A stretch of 38,271 nt of DNA from a virus (taxonomy: Duplodnaviria; Caudoviricetes): IMG/VR virus record IMGVR_UViG_3300033489_000028, positions 1 through 38,271 of that record. One strand, written 5' to 3'. Position 1 is the stretch's first letter. Every line of letters begins with the position of its first letter. Positions 1 through 8,132 of the stretch are shown one piece after another. The notes below the pieces were generated by a model. That model had not been told where the DNA came from. It was given only the letters and a program-made list of their open reading frames with translations, and searched no databases. A program made the translations under genes and the position numbers.

Positions 1-2
1 AG

Positions 3-410
3 TGGCCGGACGGCGTGCTGATAACGCGCGCAGTCACTGCACGCGCCGTCGCACTGGAACTTGATCTGGACTGGTTCGCCGAGCGCTTTCTCAGGGCCGC
101 CGCGTGGTCCGAGTACGAGCGGGTCAGGGCCCCCGCGTGGTCCGAGTACGAGCGGGTCACGGCCCCCGCGTGGTCCGAGTACGAGCGGGTCAGGGCCCCC
201 GCGTGGTCCGAGTACGAGCGGGTCAGGGCCCCCGCGTGGTCCGAGTACGAGCGGGTCAGGGCCCCCGCGCTGTCCGAGTACGAGCGGGTCACGGCCCCCG
301 CGCTGTCCGAGTACGAGCGGGTCAGGGCCCCCGCGTGGTCCGAGTACGAGCGGGTCACGGCCCCCGCGCTGGCGGACATCATCGAAAAATACGGATTGAG
401 GACATCGTGA
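3..410 (+). CDS. 11-aa (hendecad) tandem-repeat protein, probably 5'-truncated by the window edge
   Basis: Frame is open from base 3 (WPDGVLITRA...); eight (W/L)SEYERV(R/T)APA units; stop at 408-410. Confidence 0.75.
   Translation, partial: WPDGVLITRAVTARAVALELDLDWFAERFLRAAAWSEYERVRAPAWSEYERVTAPAWSEYERVRAPAWSEYERVRAPAWSEYERVRAPALSEYERVTAPALSEYERVRAPAWSEYERVTAPALADIIEKYGLRTS
102..368 (+). repeat. 33-bp tandem repeat, about 8 copies
   Basis: Unit GCG(TGG/CTG)TCCGAGTACGAGCGGGTC(AGG/ACG)GCCCCC repeated head to tail with no spacers. Confidence 0.97.
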
Positions 411-575
411 CCCCCGGCGCGCCCCGTCCGTTCTGCCGTTGCCCCCTTTCGGTGGACGCGGCGGGGCGCGCCCGTCGGGACAAGCGTTTCAGGCGACCCG
501 GCCCGGCGGCGCTCGCGCTCCAGGCGCACGAAAGGGGAGGCGGCCCGCGCCCGGGCCGGTCCCTCCCCCTGATCG
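411..575 (+). ncRNA. Candidate structured RNA: two GC-rich hairpins with complementary loops
   Basis: Stems 416-426/462-472 and 498-506/551-559; loop segments 443-451 and 529-537 are exact reverse complements. Confidence 0.45.
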
Positions 576-613
576 GCATCATGCGCGCGGCGTAGGGAAA
601 ACGCAACAACATT

Positions 614-808
614 TTGAAGGGCACGGGCATGACGGACATGAAGGCGAGCCGGGCAAAGCGGAGCAGGGCGAACCACGGAAAGGCCGCAGAAGCGCCCTTC
701 GTGGAGCAGGGTCGCCCCGCATGGCCCGAGGAACTGCTCGAGGAACTTTGGGGCCAAATCTTCGATGAGCTGGAGCGCCCGGCTGCGGCCGACGCGCAGG
801 AGGGATGA
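614..808 (+). CDS. Hypothetical protein (true start possibly 629 or 638)
   Basis: Short ORF whose stop overlaps the next start (ATGA). Confidence 0.45.
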   Translation: MKGTGMTDMKASRAKRSRANHGKAAEAPFVEQGRPAWPEELLEELWGQIFDELERPAAADAQEG

Positions 809-1134
809 TGAGGGAACTCGAACTGCGCCAGCACGCCGTCTGCAACCTGTGCCGCCGAAAGATCGGCGCAAGCGGCCTGCCTCTCTTCTGGCGCGTGACG
901 ATCGAGCGGTTCGGCGTGGATCTTCGCGCCATCGAACGTCAGGACGGGCTCGGCGCGTGCCTCAGCAACTCGATGCTCGCGAACATGATGGGCCCGGATG
1001 AGGACCTAGCGAAGCAGATGATGGACCCGGTGAAGCTCACGATCTGCGAGACGTGCGCGGCCGAGGACAACCGGCCGCTTATGGTGCTCGCGGACTGCGG
1101 GCCGAAGGAAAGGAGCAGGGATGCGACAGTCTAG
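805..1134 (+). CDS. Hypothetical protein with two CxxC motifs (probable Zn-binding)
   Basis: CNLC and CETC; GGAGG upstream. Confidence 0.7.
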   Translation: MMRELELRQHAVCNLCRRKIGASGLPLFWRVTIERFGVDLRAIERQDGLGACLSNSMLANMMGPDEDLAKQMMDPVKLTICETCAAEDNRPLMVLADCGPKERSRDATV

Positions 1135-1300
1135 TCGTGACGAACTTCGGATCGACGTGCGGGACGTGGACCGACTGACTCCGAGGAACGTCGGGCGGGA
1201 AATCGTCATGCCGCTTCTTACCGCGGCGGTCGCGCTTCTTCTGCTCGCGTGGGGTGCGGGGTGGTTTGTGCGGCTGCTGGCCGTGTGGGGAATCCAATGA
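1121..1300 (+). CDS. 59-aa single-pass membrane protein (not in ORF track)
   Basis: Manual translation MRQSSRDELRIDVRDVDRLTPRNVGREIVMPLLTAAVALLLLAWGAGWFVRLLAVWGIQ; AGGAG upstream; stop overlaps next ATG. Confidence 0.7.
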   Translation: MRQSSRDELRIDVRDVDRLTPRNVGREIVMPLLTAAVALLLLAWGAGWFVRLLAVWGIQ

Positions 1301-1527
1301 GCGAACCCGAGCGCTGCAGAGTCCAGCTTCTGACCCGGGAATGCCCGAACCCGCCCATCTACCGGTGTACAGCCCTAGTAGGCGATAGGCGCAGAAGGCG
1401 GCTAGAAACTCGCCTTGGTTGTAGAAAGTGTGCCTGGGCCTGGGCCTTGGAGGGCGGGATCATCGAGCCCATCGAGGGGTCGGAATCTATGAGCGGAGCG
1501 ATGGAGGCACGGCACGAAATGAGTTAG
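1297..1527 (+). CDS. Hypothetical Cys-containing protein
   Basis: ATGA coupling to the upstream ORF; MSEPERC...CRKC. Confidence 0.5.
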   Translation: MSEPERCRVQLLTRECPNPPIYRCTALVGDRRRRRLETRLGCRKCAWAWALEGGIIEPIEGSESMSGAMEARHEMS

Positions 1528-1653
1528 CCGATGACGTCCACCGGGTCTTCGGTATCGCAATGGAAAAGGCCGCCCCCGCACCCACGGAGACGGCCCGGTA
1601 ACGCAACCTGAAGCCCGAGTCTACCGCAGCGCGGGAAGCGACGGCAAGGAGAA

Positions 1654-2910
1654 ATGATGAACGATGAGCAGCAGGTGGACGACGGATACGAGCCACTCGG
1701 AGCAACGGAGCGGCCAGAGGCAGGAACGATGCGCACGGACGGTTACGGCACGCAGTCGATCGAGAAGTCGGCCGAACGGGCCGGGACCGCTGTCGCGGCG
1801 GCGGCGAAGGCGGAAGTCGAGTCGGCCTACATCATGGCGATCCGGAACCCGCGCAACGAGGAGAACGCGCGGATCGGGATCATGCGGACGTGCCGGAGTC
1901 CCAGGTTCGCCGAGAAAGCGATCTACTCCAAGCCGGTCGGGAAGAAGCCGATCGAAGGCCCGTCCATCCGCATGGCCGAGGAGATCCTTCGCCACTGGGG
2001 GAATGTGCTGGTCCAGAAGACGGCGCTCTACGAAGACCCTGAGCTGCGGATCTCGAAGGTGACGGTCCGGGATCTGCAATCGAACCTCTCTTACTCTTTC
2101 GACATCACGGTCCCGAAGACGGTCGAGCGCCGATCCTCGGTCGGGCGCGACGTGGTGGGCGAGCGACTCAACTCGGAAGGTGGGCGCGTCTACATCGTGC
2201 GCGCGACCGAGGACGAGACGCAGAACCGGGAGCACGCTTTGGCCTCGAAAGCGATCCGCAACGGCGGACTTCGGCTGATCCCACAACACATTATTGACGA
2301 GGCGATGGATACCGTACGCGAAACCTCCGCCTCCAAGACCGCCCAGAATCCGGAGGGGGAGAAGCGAAAGGTGTTCGACGGGTTCGCCACGCTCGGGATC
2401 AAGCCATCTCAAGTGGAGAAATACCTCGGGAAGCCAGTCGAGCAAATCCTACCTAAGGATCTCGTCCACCTGCGGGCGATCTACACGTCGATTCGCGAGG
2501 GCGAGGCGAAGTGGTCCGACTTCATCGAGGACGCGGCGACGATCAAGGAGCCTAGGCGGGCGAGCGAGGCGGGGAAGGGCGCGGGAAGCGGGAAGCGGGA
2601 AGCGGGAAGCGGGAACGGGGAGCACGAGTCTCCGCAGGCGGTTTCCACGCCTTCTCCGGTTTCCGAGACGACGCCGGGGGATCCGGCTCCGAGTGATTCC
2701 TATGAGCCCATCGACGAAGTGAAACGCCGCCGCCTGTTCGCGGTAGCGAAGAAGGCGAACGTGAAGGAGGACTCCATGCGGGATCTCCTCAAGACCTACG
2801 GGATCGACTCGACGAAGCAGATCCCCGAGGCTTTCTTCGAGGAGATCATCGGCACGATCCAGGGGGGAGCCGATGCTGTGGAGGCAATGATCGCCGAGCG
2901 GCTGGCCTGA
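1654..2910 (+). CDS. Conserved phage recombination-module protein, putative single-strand annealing protein
   Basis: Strong AAGGAG RBS; N-terminal domain with PR...FAEKAIYSKPVG..IEGPSIRMAEE..RHWGN, low-complexity linker, small helical C-terminal domain; sits beside an exonuclease (function inferred from context). Confidence 0.55.
   Translation: MMNDEQQVDDGYEPLGATERPEAGTMRTDGYGTQSIEKSAERAGTAVAAAAKAEVESAYIMAIRNPRNEENARIGIMRTCRSPRFAEKAIYSKPVGKKPIEGPSIRMAEEILRHWGNVLVQKTALYEDPELRISKVTVRDLQSNLSYSFDITVPKTVERRSSVGRDVVGERLNSEGGRVYIVRATEDETQNREHALASKAIRNGGLRLIPQHIIDEAMDTVRETSASKTAQNPEGEKRKVFDGFATLGIKPSQVEKYLGKPVEQILPKDLVHLRAIYTSIREGEAKWSDFIEDAATIKEPRRASEAGKGAGSGKREAGSGNGEHESPQAVSTPSPVSETTPGDPAPSDSYEPIDEVKRRRLFAVAKKANVKEDSMRDLLKTYGIDSTKQIPEAFFEEIIGTIQGGADAVEAMIAERLA
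2581..2615 (+). repeat. 7-bp microsatellite (GCGGGAA)x5 inside a CDS
   Basis: Read directly from the sequence. Confidence 0.95.
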
Positions 2911-2912
2911 CC

Positions 2913-3506
2913 GTGGACCTCGCTCTCAAGTTCGACCCGGCGCTGCTCTCGTTCAGTGAGGAGGGGCACGTCTACACCTATGACGGGAAGCCCCTCGTCT
3001 CGGTTACGGAGGCGCTTCGTCGCGCTGGCATGATCGATGCGACGTGGTTCACGCCCGAGTCCCGGGAGCGTGGGCGACTGGTCCATCAGGCCGTCCACTA
3101 CGTGAACGAGGCGGCGCTTGACTGGGACAGCGTGGACCCGCGGATAGAAGGGTACGTCCGGGCGCACGAGCGGTTCTTGAAGGAGTCAGGCTTAGAGGTG
3201 ATCGCGGCCGAGCTCCGGGTGGCACATCCCCTCTACTTTTTCGGGGGCACGCTCGATCTGATCGGCTGGCTTAACGGGCGCCTGATGCTGATCGACGACA
3301 AGACGGGGCACCCCCAGGCATGGGCCTCACTCCAGACCGCCGGATACGCCCTCTGCATCGATGAGAAGAACATCGACCGGCGCACGCTCTGGCTCCAGGA
3401 GGACGGGCGTTACATGCTTTCAAGCGCCTACCGGGACGTGGGCGACTTCAAGGTGTTCCAGGCCGCCGTCGCGTGCGCGGCCTGGCAGCGAAACAACCAG
3501 AGGTGA
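2913..3506 (+). CDS. PD-(D/E)XK superfamily exonuclease (Cas4/YqaJ-like phage type)
   Basis: H-x-Y...SVT, RG..VH, E..V, GTLD, IDDKT and LQTAGY motifs. Confidence 0.85.
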   Translation: MDLALKFDPALLSFSEEGHVYTYDGKPLVSVTEALRRAGMIDATWFTPESRERGRLVHQAVHYVNEAALDWDSVDPRIEGYVRAHERFLKESGLEVIAAELRVAHPLYFFGGTLDLIGWLNGRLMLIDDKTGHPQAWASLQTAGYALCIDEKNIDRRTLWLQEDGRYMLSSAYRDVGDFKVFQAAVACAAWQRNNQR

Positions 3507-3510
3507 ACGA

Positions 3511-4155
3511 ATGGAACCGAACACAGAACTGACACGGCAGGTGGAGACGGTCCCGGCACGGGCGCAGGGGCTCCAGATCGTGGACGAGGCGAGCTGCGTC
3601 AGGGGAAGCGAGCTGCTGCTCACGATCAAGGGGCTGCGTGCGAAGATCGAGGAGACATTCGGCCCCATCGTGGCGAAGGCCCACGCGACCTGGAAGGAAG
3701 CCCTGGCCCAGCGGAAGAAGCACGACGAGCCGCTGGATGAAGCCGAGCGCACGGTCAAGGGCCAGCTCGCGGCCTATCACGACGCGCAGGAGCGGATCAG
3801 GCGCGCGGAGGAGCAGCGGCTCAGGGACGAAGCGGCGCTACAGGAAGCGGCCGAAGCTGAGGCCGCAGGCGAAACGGAGCGCGCCGCAGAAATTCTCGAG
3901 ACCGGGCCGACCGTGGCCGTGGTGGTCCCATCGAGCACGCCCCAGGTGGCGGGCATCTCCTACCGCGAGATGTGGGGCGCGGAGGTCGTAGACATGAAGG
4001 CCCTCTGCGAGCACGTTGTCAGGACCGGCCAGACGAACCTCGTGGAGCCGAACATGGTGGCGCTAAATGGGCTCGCGCGGTCGCTAAAGGACACGATGAG
4101 GATTCCGGGAGTCCGGGCGGTGAAGCAGCGCAGCGTTGCGGCGGGGAGGCGGTGA
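3511..4155 (+). CDS. Coiled-coil phage protein of the recombination module
   Basis: GAGG RBS before ATG 3511; long helical region followed by a GISYRE.W...IPGVR C-terminus. Confidence 0.7.
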   Translation: MEPNTELTRQVETVPARAQGLQIVDEASCVRGSELLLTIKGLRAKIEETFGPIVAKAHATWKEALAQRKKHDEPLDEAERTVKGQLAAYHDAQERIRRAEEQRLRDEAALQEAAEAEAAGETERAAEILETGPTVAVVVPSSTPQVAGISYREMWGAEVVDMKALCEHVVRTGQTNLVEPNMVALNGLARSLKDTMRIPGVRAVKQRSVAAGRR

Positions 4156-4204
4156 TGGACATCACGATCGACTGCTGGAAGAATGGAACGCCTAATGAGG
4201 TTCT

Positions 4205-4363
4205 ATGCTACGCAGTAGCCGTGACCACGTGCGCGGGAACTTCGCCCGCGACGTAAACCGTCTCACTCCGCTCTGGCGTGGTTGGCGCGATGCCATTCTC
4301 GGGGCGGTAGTACTCGCAGCCCTGCTTCTCACGCTTTTTTTGTGGAAAGGGATGATGCCGTGA
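4205..4363 (+). CDS. 52-aa single-pass membrane protein, paralogue of 1121-1300 (not in ORF track)
   Basis: Manual translation MLRSSRDHVRGNFARDVNRLTPLWRGWRDAILGAVVLAALLLTLFLWKGMMP; GAGG upstream; stop overlaps next GTG. Confidence 0.7.
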   Translation: MLRSSRDHVRGNFARDVNRLTPLWRGWRDAILGAVVLAALLLTLFLWKGMMP

Positions 4364-4563
4364 GTGTGTGTTCTATCTGCGGCAAACCCGAGGAGGACCA
4401 CCACCCGTTTCAGGCCACGCGTCCGGCCGTATGCCAGTGCGATCCTAAGACTGGTACATGGGAGGGCTCTCCGGGACCTATCTGTGAAAAGTACAAGGGT
4501 GACGAGATCACTTACTGTGTTGATTGTGTCCACGATCGCTTGTGCCACAAAGGGGAAACATAG
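4360..4563 (+). CDS. Small Cys/His-rich (Zn-finger-like) protein
   Basis: GTGA overlap; CSICGKPEEDHH...CQC...C...CVDCVHDRLCH. Confidence 0.65.
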   Translation: MSVCSICGKPEEDHHPFQATRPAVCQCDPKTGTWEGSPGPICEKYKGDEITYCVDCVHDRLCHKGET

Positions 4564-4569
4564 ACCTGG

Positions 4570-4757
4570 AACACCGATCGGCGGCGGCGTGGTGTCGCCG
4601 GGTTGGAAAGGCGGGAACCGCAGCGATTATAAAGAGAAGGCACACCGACTTGGGACGGCCTCCAAGCTCGTCTGGTTGATCGCCACGGGTACTTTTGCAA
4701 TGCCCGCGCTAAGACAGAGGGGAGCCGGGTGGGGAATCCGGCCCGCCGATCGGTGTT
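4570..4757 (+). ncRNA. Candidate ~190-nt structured RNA with tRNA-like 3' end
   Basis: Perfect 15-bp closing stem 4570-4584/4743-4757 stacked on a GCCGG-loop-CCGGC arm (4724-4742); internal hairpins; fills the intergenic space. Confidence 0.55.
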
Positions 4758-4771
4758 TTAGAGGAGGTCCA

Positions 4772-5053
4772 ATGGCTGGTTCCAAAGTCTTCACCTGGAT
4801 GGCGATCGAGCGCGACGAAAACGCGTTTGAGGTTCACCTTGAGGGGATGCTCTCTCCCGGTTGCGGCTGCGAAAAGCTGCACCGAAGTTTGCGCCGCGGG
4901 CACGGCCACGAGCGCCTAGACCCCTGCACGCCGTCGGAGATAGACGATATCGAAGCGCGCGACGCGAACGGAAAGCTTGTCTCGCTGACGCCCGAGGAAG
5001 ACCTGCGAGCCTACGAGATATTGATAGACCCGGGGGAGGAGCGCCATGAGTGA
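4772..5053 (+). CDS. Hypothetical protein
   Basis: GAGGAGG RBS before ATG 4772 (C-terminal part of track ORF 4364-5053). Confidence 0.7.
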   Translation: MAGSKVFTWMAIERDENAFEVHLEGMLSPGCGCEKLHRSLRRGHGHERLDPCTPSEIDDIEARDANGKLVSLTPEEDLRAYEILIDPGEERHE

Positions 5054-5123
5054 AGAGACCAAAAGCAAACCCATTCTTCCACTAAAGGGCCAGCACCCGG
5101 AGTACGGAGCCGCCTGAACGAGC

Positions 5124-5206
5124 GCGGCGCCCGAAGGGGAAGAGAGCATCGACGTGGGACCGAGGGAGCCCGTGTCGATGTTACAGGGCACCCCAGCGGG
5201 CGCCGC
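5124..5206 (+). other. Long imperfect intergenic hairpin
   Basis: Outer stem 5124-5133/5197-5206; inner stem about 5146-5158/5169-5181. Confidence 0.6.
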
Positions 5207-5238
5207 CAGGCGGAGCGAGGGAAAGAAAGAGAGGGGGG

Positions 5239-5580
5239 ATGGGAAGGAACTGGCGCGCGAAGGTATCCGCGAAACTACGATTTCATGTTCTCGCTCGGGA
5301 CAGATTCACATGCCGGTATTGTGGAGCCGAACCGACCTGGAATCTGATGGCCGATCACGTCATGCCATTCAAGCTTGGTGGTAAGACGGACCTAGGGAAT
5401 CTCGTCACCGCGTGTTCCGACTGTAACCTTCGAAAGGGCTCGCGTCTGCTGCCTGCTGGGACAGGGCCTCATCCTATTCGCACGACCTTTCGCTCAGATC
5501 ACCAACAGATCCTGGCCGAAGAATTACTAAAAGTCGTAGAGCCTCGGAGGCTCGGTGTTGACATGGGCCGCACGTCCTGA
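5239..5580 (+). CDS. HNH endonuclease
   Basis: RF.VL.RD.F.CRYCG...DHVMP...GG.....NLVTACSDCN..KG. Confidence 0.92.
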   Translation: MGRNWRAKVSAKLRFHVLARDRFTCRYCGAEPTWNLMADHVMPFKLGGKTDLGNLVTACSDCNLRKGSRLLPAGTGPHPIRTTFRSDHQQILAEELLKVVEPRRLGVDMGRTS

Positions 5581-5592
5581 ACGGGGGAGAGG

Positions 5593-6480
5593 GTGCCACG
5601 GCCAAAATATCCGTCTGACCATCGTCGGTACTTCCGGATCACAGAGGACCTAGCCGAGAAGGTGGAGGATCCCCGCGAACTGGGCATCCTCGTCAAGCTC
5701 TTCTCGGAGATGAACGCGCGGAAGTCCTACCTCCGAGGCGACCAGATCGTGCTCCATCCAGCGGCCCGGCTCAAGCTGACCAGTCGCCTGTCAACCCGCC
5801 ATGCAGACGCTGACCTCTCGGTAAGCATGCGCCACGTAGACCACTCTATATATAAGGATGCAACAGGCCGTGTATGGACCGTCCACGTCCTAAATCTATC
5901 GCAATTTCAAGGGGTGACTCCGACGCCACTCCGGGAGCACTCCGCGGAAAACTCCGCCCCAAACTCCGACGAAACTCCGTCTACTAAACCTACCCCTAAA
6001 CCTACCCCTAAAAAAGAACCCCCCCTACCCCCCCGTGGGGGGGGAGAGAGCGTTGAAGCCCTGCGAGCCCTCTGGAACGAGTTCGCCGAACGCGAAGGCT
6101 GGCACCTGTGGCAGACGACCGACGCTACCCGGAAGGCCCAGGCGAAACGCCGGCTCAAGGTCGCCACGCTCAACGAACAGCGCGCATGGCTTGAGGGCAC
6201 GCGCGGGCACCCGCACCTGCGGGGCGAAAACGATCGGGGATGGAAGGCAGACCCAGAATGGTTCCTCACGGCGAAGGCGTTGCGTAAATTCCGAGATGGA
6301 GCGTGGAGGACGAATGGAATCGGACAACCCAGTACCGCAGGAGAACCTCGAAGCGCAGGCGCGGTTGCTTCGGAAACGTCAGGACCTCGGCCTCGGTCCG
6401 GAAGCCTCATCGACCGGACTCGTGAGAGCGTCCGACGTGAACGTGGACTCGATCCCCGAGACCCACCTCGCGATTTGTAG
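5593..6480 (+). CDS. Phage replication initiator protein
   Basis: Directly upstream of a DnaC-like ATPase; central low-complexity/iteron region; C-terminal L.GENDRGWKADPEWF motif typical of phage initiators. Confidence 0.75.
   Translation: MPRPKYPSDHRRYFRITEDLAEKVEDPRELGILVKLFSEMNARKSYLRGDQIVLHPAARLKLTSRLSTRHADADLSVSMRHVDHSIYKDATGRVWTVHVLNLSQFQGVTPTPLREHSAENSAPNSDETPSTKPTPKPTPKKEPPLPPRGGGESVEALRALWNEFAEREGWHLWQTTDATRKAQAKRRLKVATLNEQRAWLEGTRGHPHLRGENDRGWKADPEWFLTAKALRKFRDGAWRTNGIGQPSTAGEPRSAGAVASETSGPRPRSGSLIDRTRESVRRERGLDPRDPPRDL
5917..6045. promoter_or_regulatory. Putative replication origin inside the initiator gene
   Basis: ACTCCG at 5917, 5928, 5939, 5951, 5963 and 5974 (11-12 bp spacing), then CCTACCCCTAAA x2 and a C-tract/G-tract inverted repeat. 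Confidence 0.65.
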
Positions 6481-7168
6481 CAAGTGCGGTGTGCCGGTGG
6501 GGGATGGCCTCGAGGTGTTCGGTGCCTTCGTGTTCCCCTCGGTCTGCGAAAAGTGCGATCAGGGGAGCAGCGAAGCCTTGGCGAGGAACGAGGAACGCGA
6601 ACGCCGCACCGCCATCCGTAACGCACAGGAGTTCTCGCTCATCACACCTCTCTTCCGGACGAAGACCTGGGACAACTTCCGGATCGACGGGCAGAACACG
6701 GTTGCTTGGCGTGCGGCGACGGATGCGACATTCGTGAACGGGCGAGGTCTGCTCATTCTCGGGCAGCCGGGGACGGGCAAAAGCCACCTCGCCGCCGCGA
6801 TCGGCAACGCCATGATCGCCGAAGGGCGCTGGCCCGTGACCTACCTCGATGCGCCTGGCCTCATGCTCCGCGTGAAGTCGCGGATAGGCAAGGACAATCC
6901 GGACCCGGTGACAGTGCTGAACGTGGCGCGCCGGGCGAAGTTTCTGATCCTCGACGATCTCGGAGTCGGGAAACAGAGCGAGTGGACGCAGGAGACGCTG
7001 TACGAGCTGATCAATCACCGGCGTGAGTTCATACTGCCGACGATCGTGACCACGGAGTTTCCGCTCACCGAACTGACGCGCCGTGTCAGCGAGCGATGCG
7101 TCTCGCGGCTCCAGGAAATATGCGAAGTGGTGGAAATGCTCGGCGAAGATCGGCGCCTCACGAGATAG
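6437..7168 (+). CDS. DnaC/IstB-like AAA+ ATPase (helicase loader)
   Basis: N-terminal CxxC...CxxC, Walker A GQPGTGKS, Walker B LILDDLG, R..SRL; start chosen at GTG 6437. Confidence 0.92.
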   Translation: MNVDSIPETHLAICSKCGVPVGDGLEVFGAFVFPSVCEKCDQGSSEALARNEERERRTAIRNAQEFSLITPLFRTKTWDNFRIDGQNTVAWRAATDATFVNGRGLLILGQPGTGKSHLAAAIGNAMIAEGRWPVTYLDAPGLMLRVKSRIGKDNPDPVTVLNVARRAKFLILDDLGVGKQSEWTQETLYELINHRREFILPTIVTTEFPLTELTRRVSERCVSRLQEICEVVEMLGEDRRLTR

Positions 7169-7194
7169 TCGGAGGAAACTGTGCGGGAGAACCA

Positions 7195-7620
7195 GTGCCA
7201 ATCGGCTACCACATTCCCGAGGACGAACGCCGGCGCATCCGTGAGGCCGTCGCGGCGGGTTATTCGGCGGCCGAAGTCGCAACAGCGCACGGTGTATCGA
7301 GCAAGACGGTCCGACGCATCGCGAAGGAGCCGGGTCCGCGTCTGCGGAAGAACTGCAAAAAGGCGCGCTGCAAATGTGGGCGCACCGGGTATCAGCGCCT
7401 TAGCTCAACATCGCCCTTTCGATGCAAAGTATGTCACGGTGAGAGCTACAAATGGGCGTTGAGCCCGGTCCAGCTTCAAGCCTTGGGTCTTCGTCTGGAA
7501 CGCGAGAGCCCGCGGTGTCCCGCGACGGTGATGGGTCCGCACGGTCGCGAGGTGTGTCCGCTATGTGGCGGGAGGGAATATGTCGTGCCGCAGCAGGGAA
7601 GGAGAAGGGTATGCGGGTGA
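7195..7620 (+). CDS. HTH plus Zn-ribbon protein
   Basis: GYSAAEVATAHGVSSKTVRRI helix-turn-helix; several CxC/CxxC motifs. Confidence 0.7.
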   Translation: MPIGYHIPEDERRRIREAVAAGYSAAEVATAHGVSSKTVRRIAKEPGPRLRKNCKKARCKCGRTGYQRLSSTSPFRCKVCHGESYKWALSPVQLQALGLRLERESPRCPATVMGPHGREVCPLCGGREYVVPQQGRRRVCG

Positions 7621-8132
7621 TGGGCATCGATCCAGGTCTTCGGAACTTAGGTTGGTCCGTGTTAGACGGCGAGAAGTTAGTCGCTAGCGGAACGATCCGA
7701 AGTAAGCCCACTGACGGCGAGCACAACATGCGCGTTTGGATTGTGTTCGCGCAACTTCTCGCAATTGTCCACGAGTATGATCCGGCGGAAACCGCATGTG
7801 AAGATTTCGAATGTGGTGAGACCGAGGATGTACGTTACGCTGACAAAGGGACCAATCGGATCATCGGCGCGGTCACGACGCTCACGCAGGAGAGGCCCGT
7901 GAGGTTCTACCTGCCTCAGGTATGGCAACGATCGATCCTCGGCAGAAGCATGGGAGACGGCAAGGCAGGAACAAGGCGAATCGTGAATCTCATACTTCAG
8001 GGCGCGCGGTCGCTCAAGACGAACCACGAGGTGGACGCTACGGGGGTGGCGCTGCACCATCAGGCGGTGAGGAGGATGGAGAGAAGGCAGGTCCCCCATG
8101 AGACCGCTCGTCGCGAACGGAAAGCCGGGTAG
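7611..8132 (+). CDS. ruvC: RuvC-like Holliday junction resolvase
   Basis: MRVMGIDPG..NLGW, conserved E, K and H..DA..VA. Confidence 0.9.
   Translation: MRVMGIDPGLRNLGWSVLDGEKLVASGTIRSKPTDGEHNMRVWIVFAQLLAIVHEYDPAETACEDFECGETEDVRYADKGTNRIIGAVTTLTQERPVRFYLPQVWQRSILGRSMGDGKAGTRRIVNLILQGARSLKTNHEVDATGVALHHQAVRRMERRQVPHETARRERKAG

Noticed and set aside
102-368. CRISPR array
   Set aside because: The 33-bp units are contiguous with no unique spacers and read as an in-frame protein repeat; no cas operon is present, and the nuclease at 2913 is in a phage recombination context
61-595. Alternative-frame ORFs 61-399 and 104-595
   Set aside because: By-products of a stop-free 33-bp repeat in GC-rich DNA
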